Shown here: piece by piece, positions 29,254 through 38,581 of the stretch
Layout of the letters: each line of letters starts with the position of its first letter
Numbering within the stretch: the stretch's first letter is position 1
IMG/VR virus record: IMGVR_UViG_3300020399_000132
Coordinates: 32,001 to 96,000 of that record
Strand: one strand, 5' to 3'
Length of the DNA stretch: 64,000 nucleotides
Origin: a virus
Lineage: Duplodnaviria; Caudoviricetes
Made by a program: the position numbers and the translations under genes
Notes under the pieces: generated by a model
What the model saw: only the letters and a program-made list of their open reading frames with translations
Told to the model about the DNA's origin: nothing
The model's database searches: none

Positions 29254-32200
29254 CTATACAGTTGGATTAATTTCCACTCCATAGCCGGGTTCTGCTACTT
29301 TAGGTGATGCATATGAATAAGCATCTCCAACCCTAGTAATTTGTCCTGCTTGAACCATGTCATCTAAGAGTTTTTGCACTTTTGATGGGCTACATCTTAA
29401 TGTTCTGGCAATAGTTGAGGCAGAAGCGGGTTCATCGGAAACAGCGAATTCAGCGCCAACTGGTTCGCCATCGGTACTAGCAAAAGAACTTCGGAACAAT
29501 TCTAAAATTTGATCCTGTAATGAAGTATCTTCATTTGTTTCAGACATTTTGTTCTTAAATTTTCGAACAAAAGCTAATCCTGTACTTTCTTTCATATTCT
29601 TCTCTTCTGGTTCCATTTTTATTTTATTATTAATTTTACCATTTTCTTTTACTTTGGAATCATTTTCATCATCTTCTTTCTTCATTGCTTTAGAAACTGC
29701 TTTCCTTTTTTTATGTAAAAATTTATCAGAATCATCCGCGTCACCATCATTATCAATATCTTTATCTTTACGATTTTTAAACTTCTTTTGAACAGCATCC
29801 GGTTGAACTGCATCTAATCCTTCGCCATCATCAGCAGTATTATTCTTATTAGTTTCTTTAGTTATTATCGGTTCTACTGGCTGTCTCTTACCTAGAATTT
29901 CTTTGGCTTTTTCGTAAGCTAATTTTTTAATTTTTTCTTTAAAAATTCTACGTCTGGCATCGAGTCTTTCGGGTGTTTGATCTTCAAAGTCTTCAACCAT
30001 TTCTCCGTCTGGATCATAACTTCCACCAATTAAAGCAGAACCAACCGCACCTAATACTTTTCCTCTTGTTGATGTCGCCGCGGCCTTTTTAAGACCAGGA
30101 TCATCTGCTAACTTTGTTTGAGTTAGTTTCTTTCTGGCTCTTTCTTTGGCTTCCGCATCCATTCTTTTCTGTTGTGCTTTGTCTGCATCAGCTCCAACTG
30201 CAGCTCGTCCCTGATCAGCTTTAGTTTGAACTTGTTTTGTTTGTTGAGTTTGGGTTTGCGCCTTTTTCTTTTGATCTTTTACGGCTTTATCTGCGATTTT
30301 ATCTGCATCAGATGTCACAGTCCGAACTCCAGCAGTTTTGACTGCTTGAGAGGGCCCGCTAGCGAGATCCTTTACGCCCCTCTTTACAGCACCTCCAATT
30401 TTTTTCAATAGGCCCGGTTTTTGTTTAGCTTTCAGTGATGCTATTCTTTCTTTCTCTGTCTCAATATTTGCTAAATTATCATGATGTGTCTGCATTGCAT
30501 CGGCTTTACGTGTCAGTTTATCTGATTTGTTTTGAACCCTACCAGTGTGCGTCATGAAGTTCGGTAATTCTGCTAACACTTCCTCATCTTCTAATTGATT
30601 TACAAAAGACGCGAATGAAGTTTGTTCATCTTCATTAAGAGAATTATACATTTCGATGACCTCGTCAACAACTCGTTCGGTTATATCTGAATCATCCGTA
30701 ATCATTTGACCACAAGCTTTTTCTAAATCTTCTAATTCACATTCATCTGCTAATTTTTGAACTTCGGGTGAAGGAGCATCAATTGTTCCCATTTTAGTAG
30801 CATAAGCAAGAGAAACTAATCTGCGCTCTGTATTTTTAATTAACCTCTCACCAATTTCTCCCCATGTTAATTCATGATATTTTTTATACATTCCTTCAAG
30901 AATAAATTTATGAGAAGGTATGAAACATTCATCATATTGCTCTGTTTTCATTTTTTTCATAACCGAATTAGCTACTTTTTGATCGGTCATTAGAACCATC
31001 AAAACACTTTGTCGAGCATCTTCTGACATCTTATCTAGATAAGGTGCTAATTTAGCATAATCTTTTTTAGATACTAGCGAAGCGGCACCTTCGATTGAAA
31101 GTCTATCTTTTCCTCTAACAGCTTTGGCTAATTCTTTAATTTGTTGAGCTATTCCTTTTGATGTGGGAAGTTCTTTTGATTCGGTTTGTGCTCCTTGATC
31201 ACACCACCCACAATGTTCTTCGATATCATGATAATTATTAAATATATTTTTAGCCCATTCCATATTTGTTACTGTATCTTGTTTCTTGGAAAAATCTGGC
31301 TCTTCTATTCCTTTAACCCTCTTCTTCAAATTGTCATCCCTGTAATCTTTTTTATTCAAACTTTTTTTCTGCTTTAATCTTTTTTCATCAACTGGCATCC
31401 AACTTTCTTTTTTGGCGCGAATAGCTTTTTTGTAAGGTGAGTCGTTGACATCAGCTGCCGCTCTGAATTTGCTGGCTTGGTTCGCCCTCTTTAGTGCTTG
31501 CTGTTTGCTGTCCCGCCGTATCCTCTCGTCTCCTCTGTCCGCGGACGTATGACGATCTACTTCGGCTCTTTGTGTTGCGGCGTCATCGTCTGCTTTCTTG
31601 GCTGCGCGCTTTAAAAGTTCAGTTGAGAGTTCATCAACTGGCCTCCAACTTTCTTTTTTAGCGTACCAGTCGTCCTTTCTCCTCTCTTGGTCGCTTTTTG
31701 GAGCCGGCAATGAAACTTTTTTCTTTACAGGTGCTTTTTTGTGCATTTGAGGATTTGCGTCTTTGTGAGCTGCATAAGCATCATCTCCTTTATACCAGGC
31801 AGCCCGGACATCATCTTGATAATCTTCCGATTGTCGCTTTTTCTCTGCTTCTTTTTTCTGAAGGGCCGCGGCGAATTTGTTGCCTTGTTTCTCTCTCTTT
31901 TCGCCTTCTTTCTTTTCTCTTGCCTTTGGTGTGGGATTGAAGTAGCTCTTTTCCGCGTCTCTTGCGTCTGATGCTTTATTATAGGCTGCGTTTCTTGCGC
32001 GTTGTAACAGTTCATTCGAAAGTTCGTTGACATCGTCTTGAGCATCTTCCGATTGTTGCCTTTCCCTTTGGGCTTGGGCCGCGTCGTGTGCTGCAGGATT
32101 GCTAGCAATAGAAACTTTCCTTACTCCGCCTTGCTGAGTTTGAAGATTTTTTTTCTTTGCTGCTTCAGCTGCTTTTGCTCGTGCTATAGCAGGATCTATT

Positions 32201-32484
32201 GCTTCAGCTGCCTCTATATCCTTAGTAATTGCTTTTCTTTTCTTATGTAGGAACTTATCAGAATCGTCAGTGTCACCATCGTTGTCGATATCTTTATCTT
32301 TACGATTACCAAATTTTTTCTTCAGTGCCTTAGGTTGGACTTTATCCATTTCTTCGCCGTCATCTGATATATCATTAGTGTTATCTTCTTCAACTGGAGC
32401 GTCTTTCAGTTCTCTAATCATTCTAACATCTTCGGCGGTTACCGCGCTCCAATTTGCGGGATAATATTTTGACCAGTCCATCAT
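29254..32484 (-). CDS. Large repetitive charged protein, probable internal head polyprotein with a C-terminal winged helix
   Basis: Two KDKDIDNDGD.DDSDKFLHKKRKA repeats, two ELS.ELL.RA repeats, two KKESW.PVDE linkers; C-terminal ASTIARTLRCSPSKVQKLLDDMVQAGQI. Confidence 0.7.
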   Translation of the reverse strand: MMDWSKYYPANWSAVTAEDVRMIRELKDAPVEEDNTNDISDDGEEMDKVQPKALKKKFGNRKDKDIDNDGDTDDSDKFLHKKRKAITKDIEAAEAIDPAIARAKAAEAAKKKNLQTQQGGVRKVSIASNPAAHDAAQAQRERQQSEDAQDDVNELSNELLQRARNAAYNKASDARDAEKSYFNPTPKAREKKEGEKREKQGNKFAAALQKKEAEKKRQSEDYQDDVRAAWYKGDDAYAAHKDANPQMHKKAPVKKKVSLPAPKSDQERRKDDWYAKKESWRPVDELSTELLKRAAKKADDDAATQRAEVDRHTSADRGDERIRRDSKQQALKRANQASKFRAAADVNDSPYKKAIRAKKESWMPVDEKRLKQKKSLNKKDYRDDNLKKRVKGIEEPDFSKKQDTVTNMEWAKNIFNNYHDIEEHCGWCDQGAQTESKELPTSKGIAQQIKELAKAVRGKDRLSIEGAASLVSKKDYAKLAPYLDKMSEDARQSVLMVLMTDQKVANSVMKKMKTEQYDECFIPSHKFILEGMYKKYHELTWGEIGERLIKNTERRLVSLAYATKMGTIDAPSPEVQKLADECELEDLEKACGQMITDDSDITERVVDEVIEMYNSLNEDEQTSFASFVNQLEDEEVLAELPNFMTHTGRVQNKSDKLTRKADAMQTHHDNLANIETEKERIASLKAKQKPGLLKKIGGAVKRGVKDLASGPSQAVKTAGVRTVTSDADKIADKAVKDQKKKAQTQTQQTKQVQTKADQGRAAVGADADKAQQKRMDAEAKERARKKLTQTKLADDPGLKKAAATSTRGKVLGAVGSALIGGSYDPDGEMVEDFEDQTPERLDARRRIFKEKIKKLAYEKAKEILGKRQPVEPIITKETNKNNTADDGEGLDAVQPDAVQKKFKNRKDKDIDNDGDADDSDKFLHKKRKAVSKAMKKEDDENDSKVKENGKINNKIKMEPEEKNMKESTGLAFVRKFKNKMSETNEDTSLQDQILELFRSSFASTDGEPVGAEFAVSDEPASASTIARTLRCSPSKVQKLLDDMVQAGQITRVGDAYSYASPKVAEPGYGVEINPTV
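31384..31662. repeat. ~30-bp direct repeat (31384-31416 and 31630-31662) encoding AKKESW.PVDE
   Basis: ttcatcaactggc(a/c)tccaactttctttttt occurs twice. Confidence 0.8.
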
Positions 32485-33869
32485 TTGCTCCTACTTGCAA
32501 TTATTTTCGAAAGAATTTTATTATGTCTTTCTGTTTGATTTAATCTTTTTTTATCTTGTTCGAGTTTAAACTCCTCTTCTGGAGTCAAATTCACAATATA
32601 TTGTCTATATTTATCTGTTCCTAATTCTAACTGTCTACCTTCGGATGCACGATTCTTATTCCATTCTTTTAAACCGAGAATTTTTTGCAATTTATTACTA
32701 ACAGGGACTTCGAAATCAACTTCATCTACAGAAAGATTATCTACCATTTCATGTAAATATGTGAAATCTGTCTTATTAAAATCAACCATTCCAGACTGTT
32801 CATCTAATATTGTTATATAATCAGTTGTCTTTTTAATAAGTCCTCTTAATTTTGAAAGTTCCCAAAGTTTTACTTTTTCCGTTATTAATTCATAAGTTCC
32901 AAAAAATTCTTGGCATTCTTTTAAACATCCTTTAATATAAGCTATTTCTTGAGTATGATATGGTAAAGTTTTTATATATTCAAATATTTTAGTAGCTCTC
33001 TTATCTACACAAAATATTTCTCCTTCAAATTCAACATTCTCCATCCATAAACTCTCTTTAACATCATCATCATCTCCAGGATACTTCACTGGAAGCGCTT
33101 TTGGCATATGAGTAGAAATAAAACTATCCGCAGCCTTTTTTTGTTGTTTTGGGGTTATCCCCTTAGGCTTCTTCATCACTGCTTTGCTCGGTCGTATTTT
33201 GCTTATATCAAGCACTTCCGTACTGAGTTTTTCTTTTATTTGCTTTTCCATTACACTAAGTTTCATTTGTTTTCTTAATAATTGATATAAGCTTCTTTTG
33301 TCTCTTTCACTTAAAGTGTCGGGTAAACCTGTTTTAAACGCCTCGAAATCGCTGTCTATGGCGAGAGATCTTAACTTAGATGCAGACATACCGGTCGCGT
33401 CATCGGCATCAGGATCTCTTTCTCCCGCGCTTTCTATATCTATTTTTTTAAAATTATAAAACCCATGCGGCTTATCTTTAACGCCATTATATTGAGATAA
33501 GAGTTTTTTAAAATCATTTACCCTATCACTTCCAACAACCATAACAATTTGTTCATATCCATCATCATGTAATAATGAAGCAGTTTTCAGAACATCTTTG
33601 GATTGCTCTTTAGAATATTTGAAAATGTCTTGGCCTCTTACCTTAAACATTTTCTTCATCCATTTGATTTTATCTTTATAGTCCAATGGATTTTTTTTCG
33701 AATCCTGAGAGGAACTTAAAAAAACAAAAGCATCTGCCCGATTGCGAGAGGCCACTGTTACAATTTTATTAACTAAAATTTCATGACCGGTTGTTGGAGG
33801 ATTAAATCGACCAAATGTAAATACAGCAGTTTTTAACGTACCTTCCCGTAATTCGGCAAATGTTGTCAT
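32481..33869 (-). CDS. T4-like cytidyltransferase-family nucleotidyltransferase with C-terminal extension
   Basis: FTFGRFNPPTTGH, KKNPL, VVGSDR, SAGERDPD, MSASKLR. Confidence 0.85.
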   Translation of the reverse strand: MTTFAELREGTLKTAVFTFGRFNPPTTGHEILVNKIVTVASRNRADAFVFLSSSQDSKKNPLDYKDKIKWMKKMFKVRGQDIFKYSKEQSKDVLKTASLLHDDGYEQIVMVVGSDRVNDFKKLLSQYNGVKDKPHGFYNFKKIDIESAGERDPDADDATGMSASKLRSLAIDSDFEAFKTGLPDTLSERDKRSLYQLLRKQMKLSVMEKQIKEKLSTEVLDISKIRPSKAVMKKPKGITPKQQKKAADSFISTHMPKALPVKYPGDDDDVKESLWMENVEFEGEIFCVDKRATKIFEYIKTLPYHTQEIAYIKGCLKECQEFFGTYELITEKVKLWELSKLRGLIKKTTDYITILDEQSGMVDFNKTDFTYLHEMVDNLSVDEVDFEVPVSNKLQKILGLKEWNKNRASEGRQLELGTDKYRQYIVNLTPEEEFKLEQDKKRLNQTERHNKILSKIIASRSK

Positions 33870-34105
33870 TTATCCTCTTCACCGGGTCTTACAATTTTGT
33901 TCGGAGTTTCCTTTTGTACCATTGACACGTAAGCATCTTGAACAGATTTATTCGCAGTTTGTTCTGACATGTCCCGAATTTGTTCTTTAGTATATTTAAA
34001 CCCTTTATGTTTTTTATCTACAATTCTTTTTACAGAATTTGCTAGATCAGTATAATCTTCATTTGAAAAGGGACCATCACCGAAATAATTATGTTTATCT
34101 GCCAT
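33866..34105 (-). CDS. Hypothetical protein
   Basis: 79-aa ORF with AGGAG SD. Confidence 0.6.
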   Translation of the reverse strand: MADKHNYFGDGPFSNEDYTDLANSVKRIVDKKHKGFKYTKEQIRDMSEQTANKSVQDAYVSMVQKETPNKIVRPGEEDK

Positions 34106-34143
34106 TATATTCTCCTATTATTGTAATTGATAATTAAATGTTT

Positions 34144-34416
34144 TCACCAATCTGCTCTGTCTCCGCCACCCTTCCATTCTAATCTTGCATCAGAGGCTTC
34201 TTCGATGGCGTCTAAGAATCCTTGTAACATATATGGTAACTTTTGTGGTCGCCTCATAAACTTATGAGCATAGTCTTCATATATTTGCGCAAGTTTATTC
34301 TTACTTCTTTCAGGAGCATCCTCAATACAGTCCCGTAACGCATTAATCAGTTTATCAGAAGCCTTAGATTCAAATAACGTGGCTTCTTTTGTAAAAATAG
34401 GTCTCATTGGTCCCAC
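34144..34416 (-). CDS. Hypothetical protein
   Basis: 90-aa ORF overlapping the upstream gene end. Confidence 0.55.
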   Translation of the reverse strand: MGPMRPIFTKEATLFESKASDKLINALRDCIEDAPERSKNKLAQIYEDYAHKFMRRPQKLPYMLQGFLDAIEEASDARLEWKGGGDRADW

Positions 34417-35636
34417 TCCTTTTCTGCGGTGAAATTTATTCTACTAAATTCCATCCTGTTAACTAATTTTAAACCTTTTTGATTATCAAAAGTATCTATA
34501 GCAACAAAACCTTCTGGTTTAGTTACTCTATACCCTGAAGGGGTTTTTATAAAAGTATTTGTTATTCCTTTTACTTCTTCTAATTTTTCAACTATAAAAA
34601 GTTTGATATTATTTATTAATGATATTAATCGAAATATGATCTCTATTTGATCCATGGAACCATTTAAAGTTTTCATATATCCATCAACAGTCATTTGTTT
34701 TCTTTGCCTACCTCTTTCAGACTTTAACTTCCCAACTTCGTTCTGCATTTTATTCTCAATCCACTTAACACAATCTTTTGCAGATCTTTTATAGTTATCA
34801 ACAAATTCACCTTCTCTAACTTTTGTGTTCATGAATGTTTTAATGTGCGTTCTGATAATATTATCTTTTGATATATTATCTAAAAATCTTCCATTAACTT
34901 TATTAAAATCTTTTCCTAATTCAGAAAGCATTCCAGTTATTTTAGTGGTATCTGATTGAGTAAATGTCGCTGATCCACTTAAATCGGTAAAATCTGCATT
35001 TACAGCCCAAACATCTCTATGAGAAGACCATAGGTTTATATCTGCTCCAAATTCTGCTTTAAGATTAGTTAAATCCTCAGCGCCGGATGTTTTATATGTT
35101 GTATGAAAAACAATCCCTACTTTAGCAGCAATAATTTTTTTAGCTAATTCAGTATTTAATGGAGCGGCATATGTTATAGTATTAGGTGTAAAAGTAACAT
35201 ACTTTTCTTTATCAATTGTTTTAATTTTTTTATCTTTATTATCTGTCCAAAGAACATCTCCATGGAATATATTTCCTGGTATATTTAATTTGGGCAAATG
35301 TTCTAAAAGAGCAGACATTTTTGGATGTAAAGGCCCGCCACCAAAATGTTCATCTACGTCTGATTGTGTAAAGCAAGGTTTCCTCATTGATTTATAATCA
35401 ACGAAAAATTTTCCATTAGGATGAATTCCTGCTACCGCCGCCGGAGCGCCATCCCATTTAACTGTAACATTAACAGCTTCTTTATTATTACCTGCTAACA
35501 TGTCTCTTAGCGATCTCAGAAAATTAATAGCACCTCTAGTACCATTAACTCCTCCATTCAACACCTCATCTTCGAGATGTTCCATATGAAGATTTTTTCC
35601 TGATGCTTCTATAAGAAATTGTTTGTAAGATTTCAT
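34404..35636 (-). CDS. Conserved T4-like protein (DUF6267-like) with ligase/nucleotidyltransferase motifs and a capsid-targeting N-terminus
   Basis: MKSYKQFLIE; HMEHLED; KWDG, FHGD, EGFVA, KLV. Confidence 0.7.
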   Translation of the reverse strand: MKSYKQFLIEASGKNLHMEHLEDEVLNGGVNGTRGAINFLRSLRDMLAGNNKEAVNVTVKWDGAPAAVAGIHPNGKFFVDYKSMRKPCFTQSDVDEHFGGGPLHPKMSALLEHLPKLNIPGNIFHGDVLWTDNKDKKIKTIDKEKYVTFTPNTITYAAPLNTELAKKIIAAKVGIVFHTTYKTSGAEDLTNLKAEFGADINLWSSHRDVWAVNADFTDLSGSATFTQSDTTKITGMLSELGKDFNKVNGRFLDNISKDNIIRTHIKTFMNTKVREGEFVDNYKRSAKDCVKWIENKMQNEVGKLKSERGRQRKQMTVDGYMKTLNGSMDQIEIIFRLISLINNIKLFIVEKLEEVKGITNTFIKTPSGYRVTKPEGFVAIDTFDNQKGLKLVNRMEFSRINFTAEKEWDQ

Positions 35637-37168
35637 GATAAGTGCTTTTTAATTATATTTGCCAACTCCAGACGATTGCCTACGTTTTTCTTCCCAGATA
35701 TAATATTCATAAAATCACTAAAGGATCTATTATCTCTCGGCGCACGTCCTTTCTTTTTCTCTAAAGGCTCTTTTTCTCTCAAATAGGAATCTATGGTATT
35801 TTTTAAAGTATTATTTTTATCTGTTGCTTTATTATACTTTTTTATTGCTGCTCCCTTTGTCCACTTATCATTCATTAAGGCATTCGCAAATACATCACCT
35901 AGGATATCACCATATCCCGATTCACCTTTAACCAATTTTGCCGGTGTATATGGTTCTACTTTTAATCTTGGTACAAAATTTCCATAACCACCTTGTTTCC
36001 AATCTAAAGCCCAGTCATAATCAATATCAACTTTACCAGCAACACTAAGATAATCTTGACCGGTTTTAAATGCATATGCATTTAAATTCGCTGGATTATA
36101 ATAAAAAATAACATCATGAGATTCTTTCTTTGCATATACGTTCATACCATTTGCAACCCAAATATGCATAAAAGTATTAGGCTCTGTCACACACATTTTT
36201 TTATCTAGGTAAATGGCATCATTAAATTTAATTCCACCATCCATTCCACCTTGACATGCAGTGCATACTTTTTTCCACATATCTGTAATTTGTGTAACAG
36301 AGGCGCCATGTTCGTACAACCTTATTGATGCTTCGTTCATTGCCGCTGAAAATTTTTCTTTCTTTATAACTCCACCTCCGGAAGATTTATCAACAACTCC
36401 TAATCCAACATTTCCAGGAACTTCCGTAGCACCAGTTGTTTTTTTCCAAAAGTCATCAAAAACTTTCTTTCCATCTCTGAATCCATCTTTTTTACCAAAT
36501 GCTGCGCCACTACCCTTTTTCGCTTCTGGGTCGTCCGATTCTAAATCTTTACCACCTTTTTTTAATTCGATAACACCTGGTGTGCCGGCGACTCCACCTT
36601 CAAAATAAACATCACCTTTACCATCTTTACCTTTACGCCCACTAGGATGATTTAAAATTAAAAAAATCTCACCACCACCCATATTTCTTTTATCTATTTG
36701 AGGTTCCCAGGAAACAAACCAATTATAAAATGCTGGATTATTAATTAAAGGATTGGAATCTTTAATATATTTTTTGTTACCAATATTAGTCCCCTCACCT
36801 TTTAGAGCATCAGTTACTATGGCGTCTGCATCAACTAATTTTCCGCCTATTAATTTGTTTATAAAATCTAACTTCTCTTCTACTTTTACATTTATTTTAA
36901 TAATTTTTGACATCAGAGCTTCTTTAGCCACTTCTACTTTACCTGTTGTCATTTTCCTATTATCAAATAATTCACCGATTCTCATTTCCATATTGGGAAC
37001 AAATACTGCTTCGTATGCTCTATCAATAGTCTCCTGAGGAGCTTGCTTTAAAATTCTCAAAAGAGGGGCCAATTCTGGAGCATTAATATTTCTTATATCT
37101 TTTTCCAGAAGAAGCGCTATTATATGTTCGGCAGATTCAGTCATAAAATTTTTATATGTTTTTTTCAT
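35633..37168 (-). CDS. Hypothetical internal head protein with a possible PD-(D/E)XK nuclease core
   Basis: MKKTYKNFMTE N-terminus; GGGEIFL...GDVYF...IELK. Confidence 0.55.
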   Translation of the reverse strand: MKKTYKNFMTESAEHIIALLLEKDIRNINAPELAPLLRILKQAPQETIDRAYEAVFVPNMEMRIGELFDNRKMTTGKVEVAKEALMSKIIKINVKVEEKLDFINKLIGGKLVDADAIVTDALKGEGTNIGNKKYIKDSNPLINNPAFYNWFVSWEPQIDKRNMGGGEIFLILNHPSGRKGKDGKGDVYFEGGVAGTPGVIELKKGGKDLESDDPEAKKGSGAAFGKKDGFRDGKKVFDDFWKKTTGATEVPGNVGLGVVDKSSGGGVIKKEKFSAAMNEASIRLYEHGASVTQITDMWKKVCTACQGGMDGGIKFNDAIYLDKKMCVTEPNTFMHIWVANGMNVYAKKESHDVIFYYNPANLNAYAFKTGQDYLSVAGKVDIDYDWALDWKQGGYGNFVPRLKVEPYTPAKLVKGESGYGDILGDVFANALMNDKWTKGAAIKKYNKATDKNNTLKNTIDSYLREKEPLEKKKGRAPRDNRSFSDFMNIISGKKNVGNRLELANIIKKHLS

Positions 37169-37183
37169 ATGATTGCGTCTGGG

Positions 37184-37912
37184 TTAATTCTTAATATGAA
37201 TAGAATCGGTACCACCAGGTTCGCCATGATTTTTCCATGAACCGCCGGCTTTAGACCATTTCTTACAAACTTTTTCCAAGTCTTTTGAAAATTTTATAAT
37301 ATTTTCTTTAGGAAAAACTGTGCCCTCACCATGGGAATGTTGATATTTGTCATCCGATTCGTCTGCCCAGCCATCAACCCATTGCGCAGTACTTTCAATC
37401 TGCCTCATAATCCATAATGCCGTTTGTAAGCCTTTATCTTTAACTCTATAGCCTTCCAGTACTTGCTCGACTTCTTCCTTTGGATTAAACGTTCGATTGG
37501 AATTACACCACTTTTCGATTTCTTTAGCGGTCTTTTTATCGCTTGAATCAAATTTTCCATATTCCATAAAATCTATCGCGTCATTACCCTGACTTGGACC
37601 TATCTTATCCGTCACAGCTTTTCCTTTACCATCTTCAACATATACGTGAAAGGCAATATTTTCATCTGCACCTGGTGTGGTATCTGATGCGTCATGATAT
37701 TTAACAGGTGTTATTGAAAAATCTCCACATTTTATTGATTTACCTTCGAAGCCGTCAGACTTACCAGCTCTAGCCTTCTTTGAAGATAACTTTTTAAAGC
37801 CGGCTTCAATATCTCTAGCAAGATCTTCTTTTATGCTTATTCTTCCTCCCAGCCGGCCGCTGCTTAATCCATCCGTCAGTCCTTCGAGGGCTAAATCCTT
37901 ATAAGTTTTCAC
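37184..37912 (-). CDS. Hypothetical internal head protein
   Basis: GTG start with AGGAG SD; MKTYKDLALE capsid-targeting-like N-terminus. Confidence 0.6.
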   Translation of the reverse strand: MKTYKDLALEGLTDGLSSGRLGGRISIKEDLARDIEAGFKKLSSKKARAGKSDGFEGKSIKCGDFSITPVKYHDASDTTPGADENIAFHVYVEDGKGKAVTDKIGPSQGNDAIDFMEYGKFDSSDKKTAKEIEKWCNSNRTFNPKEEVEQVLEGYRVKDKGLQTALWIMRQIESTAQWVDGWADESDDKYQHSHGEGTVFPKENIIKFSKDLEKVCKKWSKAGGSWKNHGEPGGTDSIHIKN

Positions 37913-37932
37913 ACTTTCTCCTTCGATTAATT

Positions 37933-37971
37933 TTAGAATTATACTCTATATTAGAATTATACTCTATTTAT
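37933..37971 (-). promoter_or_regulatory. Late promoter overlapping a 17-bp tandem repeat
   Basis: ATAAATA at 37965-37971; ttagaattatactctat at 37933-37949 and 37951-37967. Confidence 0.5.
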
Positions 37972-38581
37972 TGTTTTTAAGATAACTGTATTTCTTTCTT
38001 GCTTGAGATCTCATTTTATTAGCTATCTTATTATCTATTGTAGCATACCTTGCATACGAATCGCAAGTTTTTTCTTCTTTATTATAAAGAAACATATCAA
38101 AGGCGAGTTCAGAACTATACGCATCTATCTCAAATGGGCTTGAAAAATAATCATTATCTTTTTTCTTTTTGCCGTCATCTATTTGTAAAGAATGTGTTAA
38201 TTCATGAATGAAAGTGAGGGTAAGTTGTTGTTTGTAGTTTTCCCAAGCATCTTCCGGAACGGATAGTTGTTGCGTATAAAATTCTGGTGATAAGTTAATT
38301 GTTATTTCTAATTCAGATTCTGAAATATGTTCTTCAGGAACATTAGCGGCTCCATCAAAGGTCATTTCATATAAAGCATGGCTTCTATCTTTTCGTATAT
38401 TAACATAACAAGAAAAATCTAATTCTTCTTCTAATATTTCTTCCATTCTATTGGCGCAGTGATGCCAATGAGAAATAGGTTTCCGGAAACCGAATTCCAA
38501 CGTATTATAAGAACCCTTAAATTCTTTAAAGGCTTCGTTTATACATCCTAATGAATTTTTAACAAAATCTAAATCATTCAT
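37964..38581 (-). CDS. HExxH zinc-metallopeptidase-like hypothetical protein
   Basis: FIHELTH...YFSSPFEIDAY; probable start MNDLDF at 38581, overlapping the gp41 stop. Confidence 0.55.
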   Translation of the reverse strand: MNDLDFVKNSLGCINEAFKEFKGSYNTLEFGFRKPISHWHHCANRMEEILEEELDFSCYVNIRKDRSHALYEMTFDGAANVPEEHISESELEITINLSPEFYTQQLSVPEDAWENYKQQLTLTFIHELTHSLQIDDGKKKKDNDYFSSPFEIDAYSSELAFDMFLYNKEEKTCDSYARYATIDNKIANKMRSQARKKYSYLKNNK

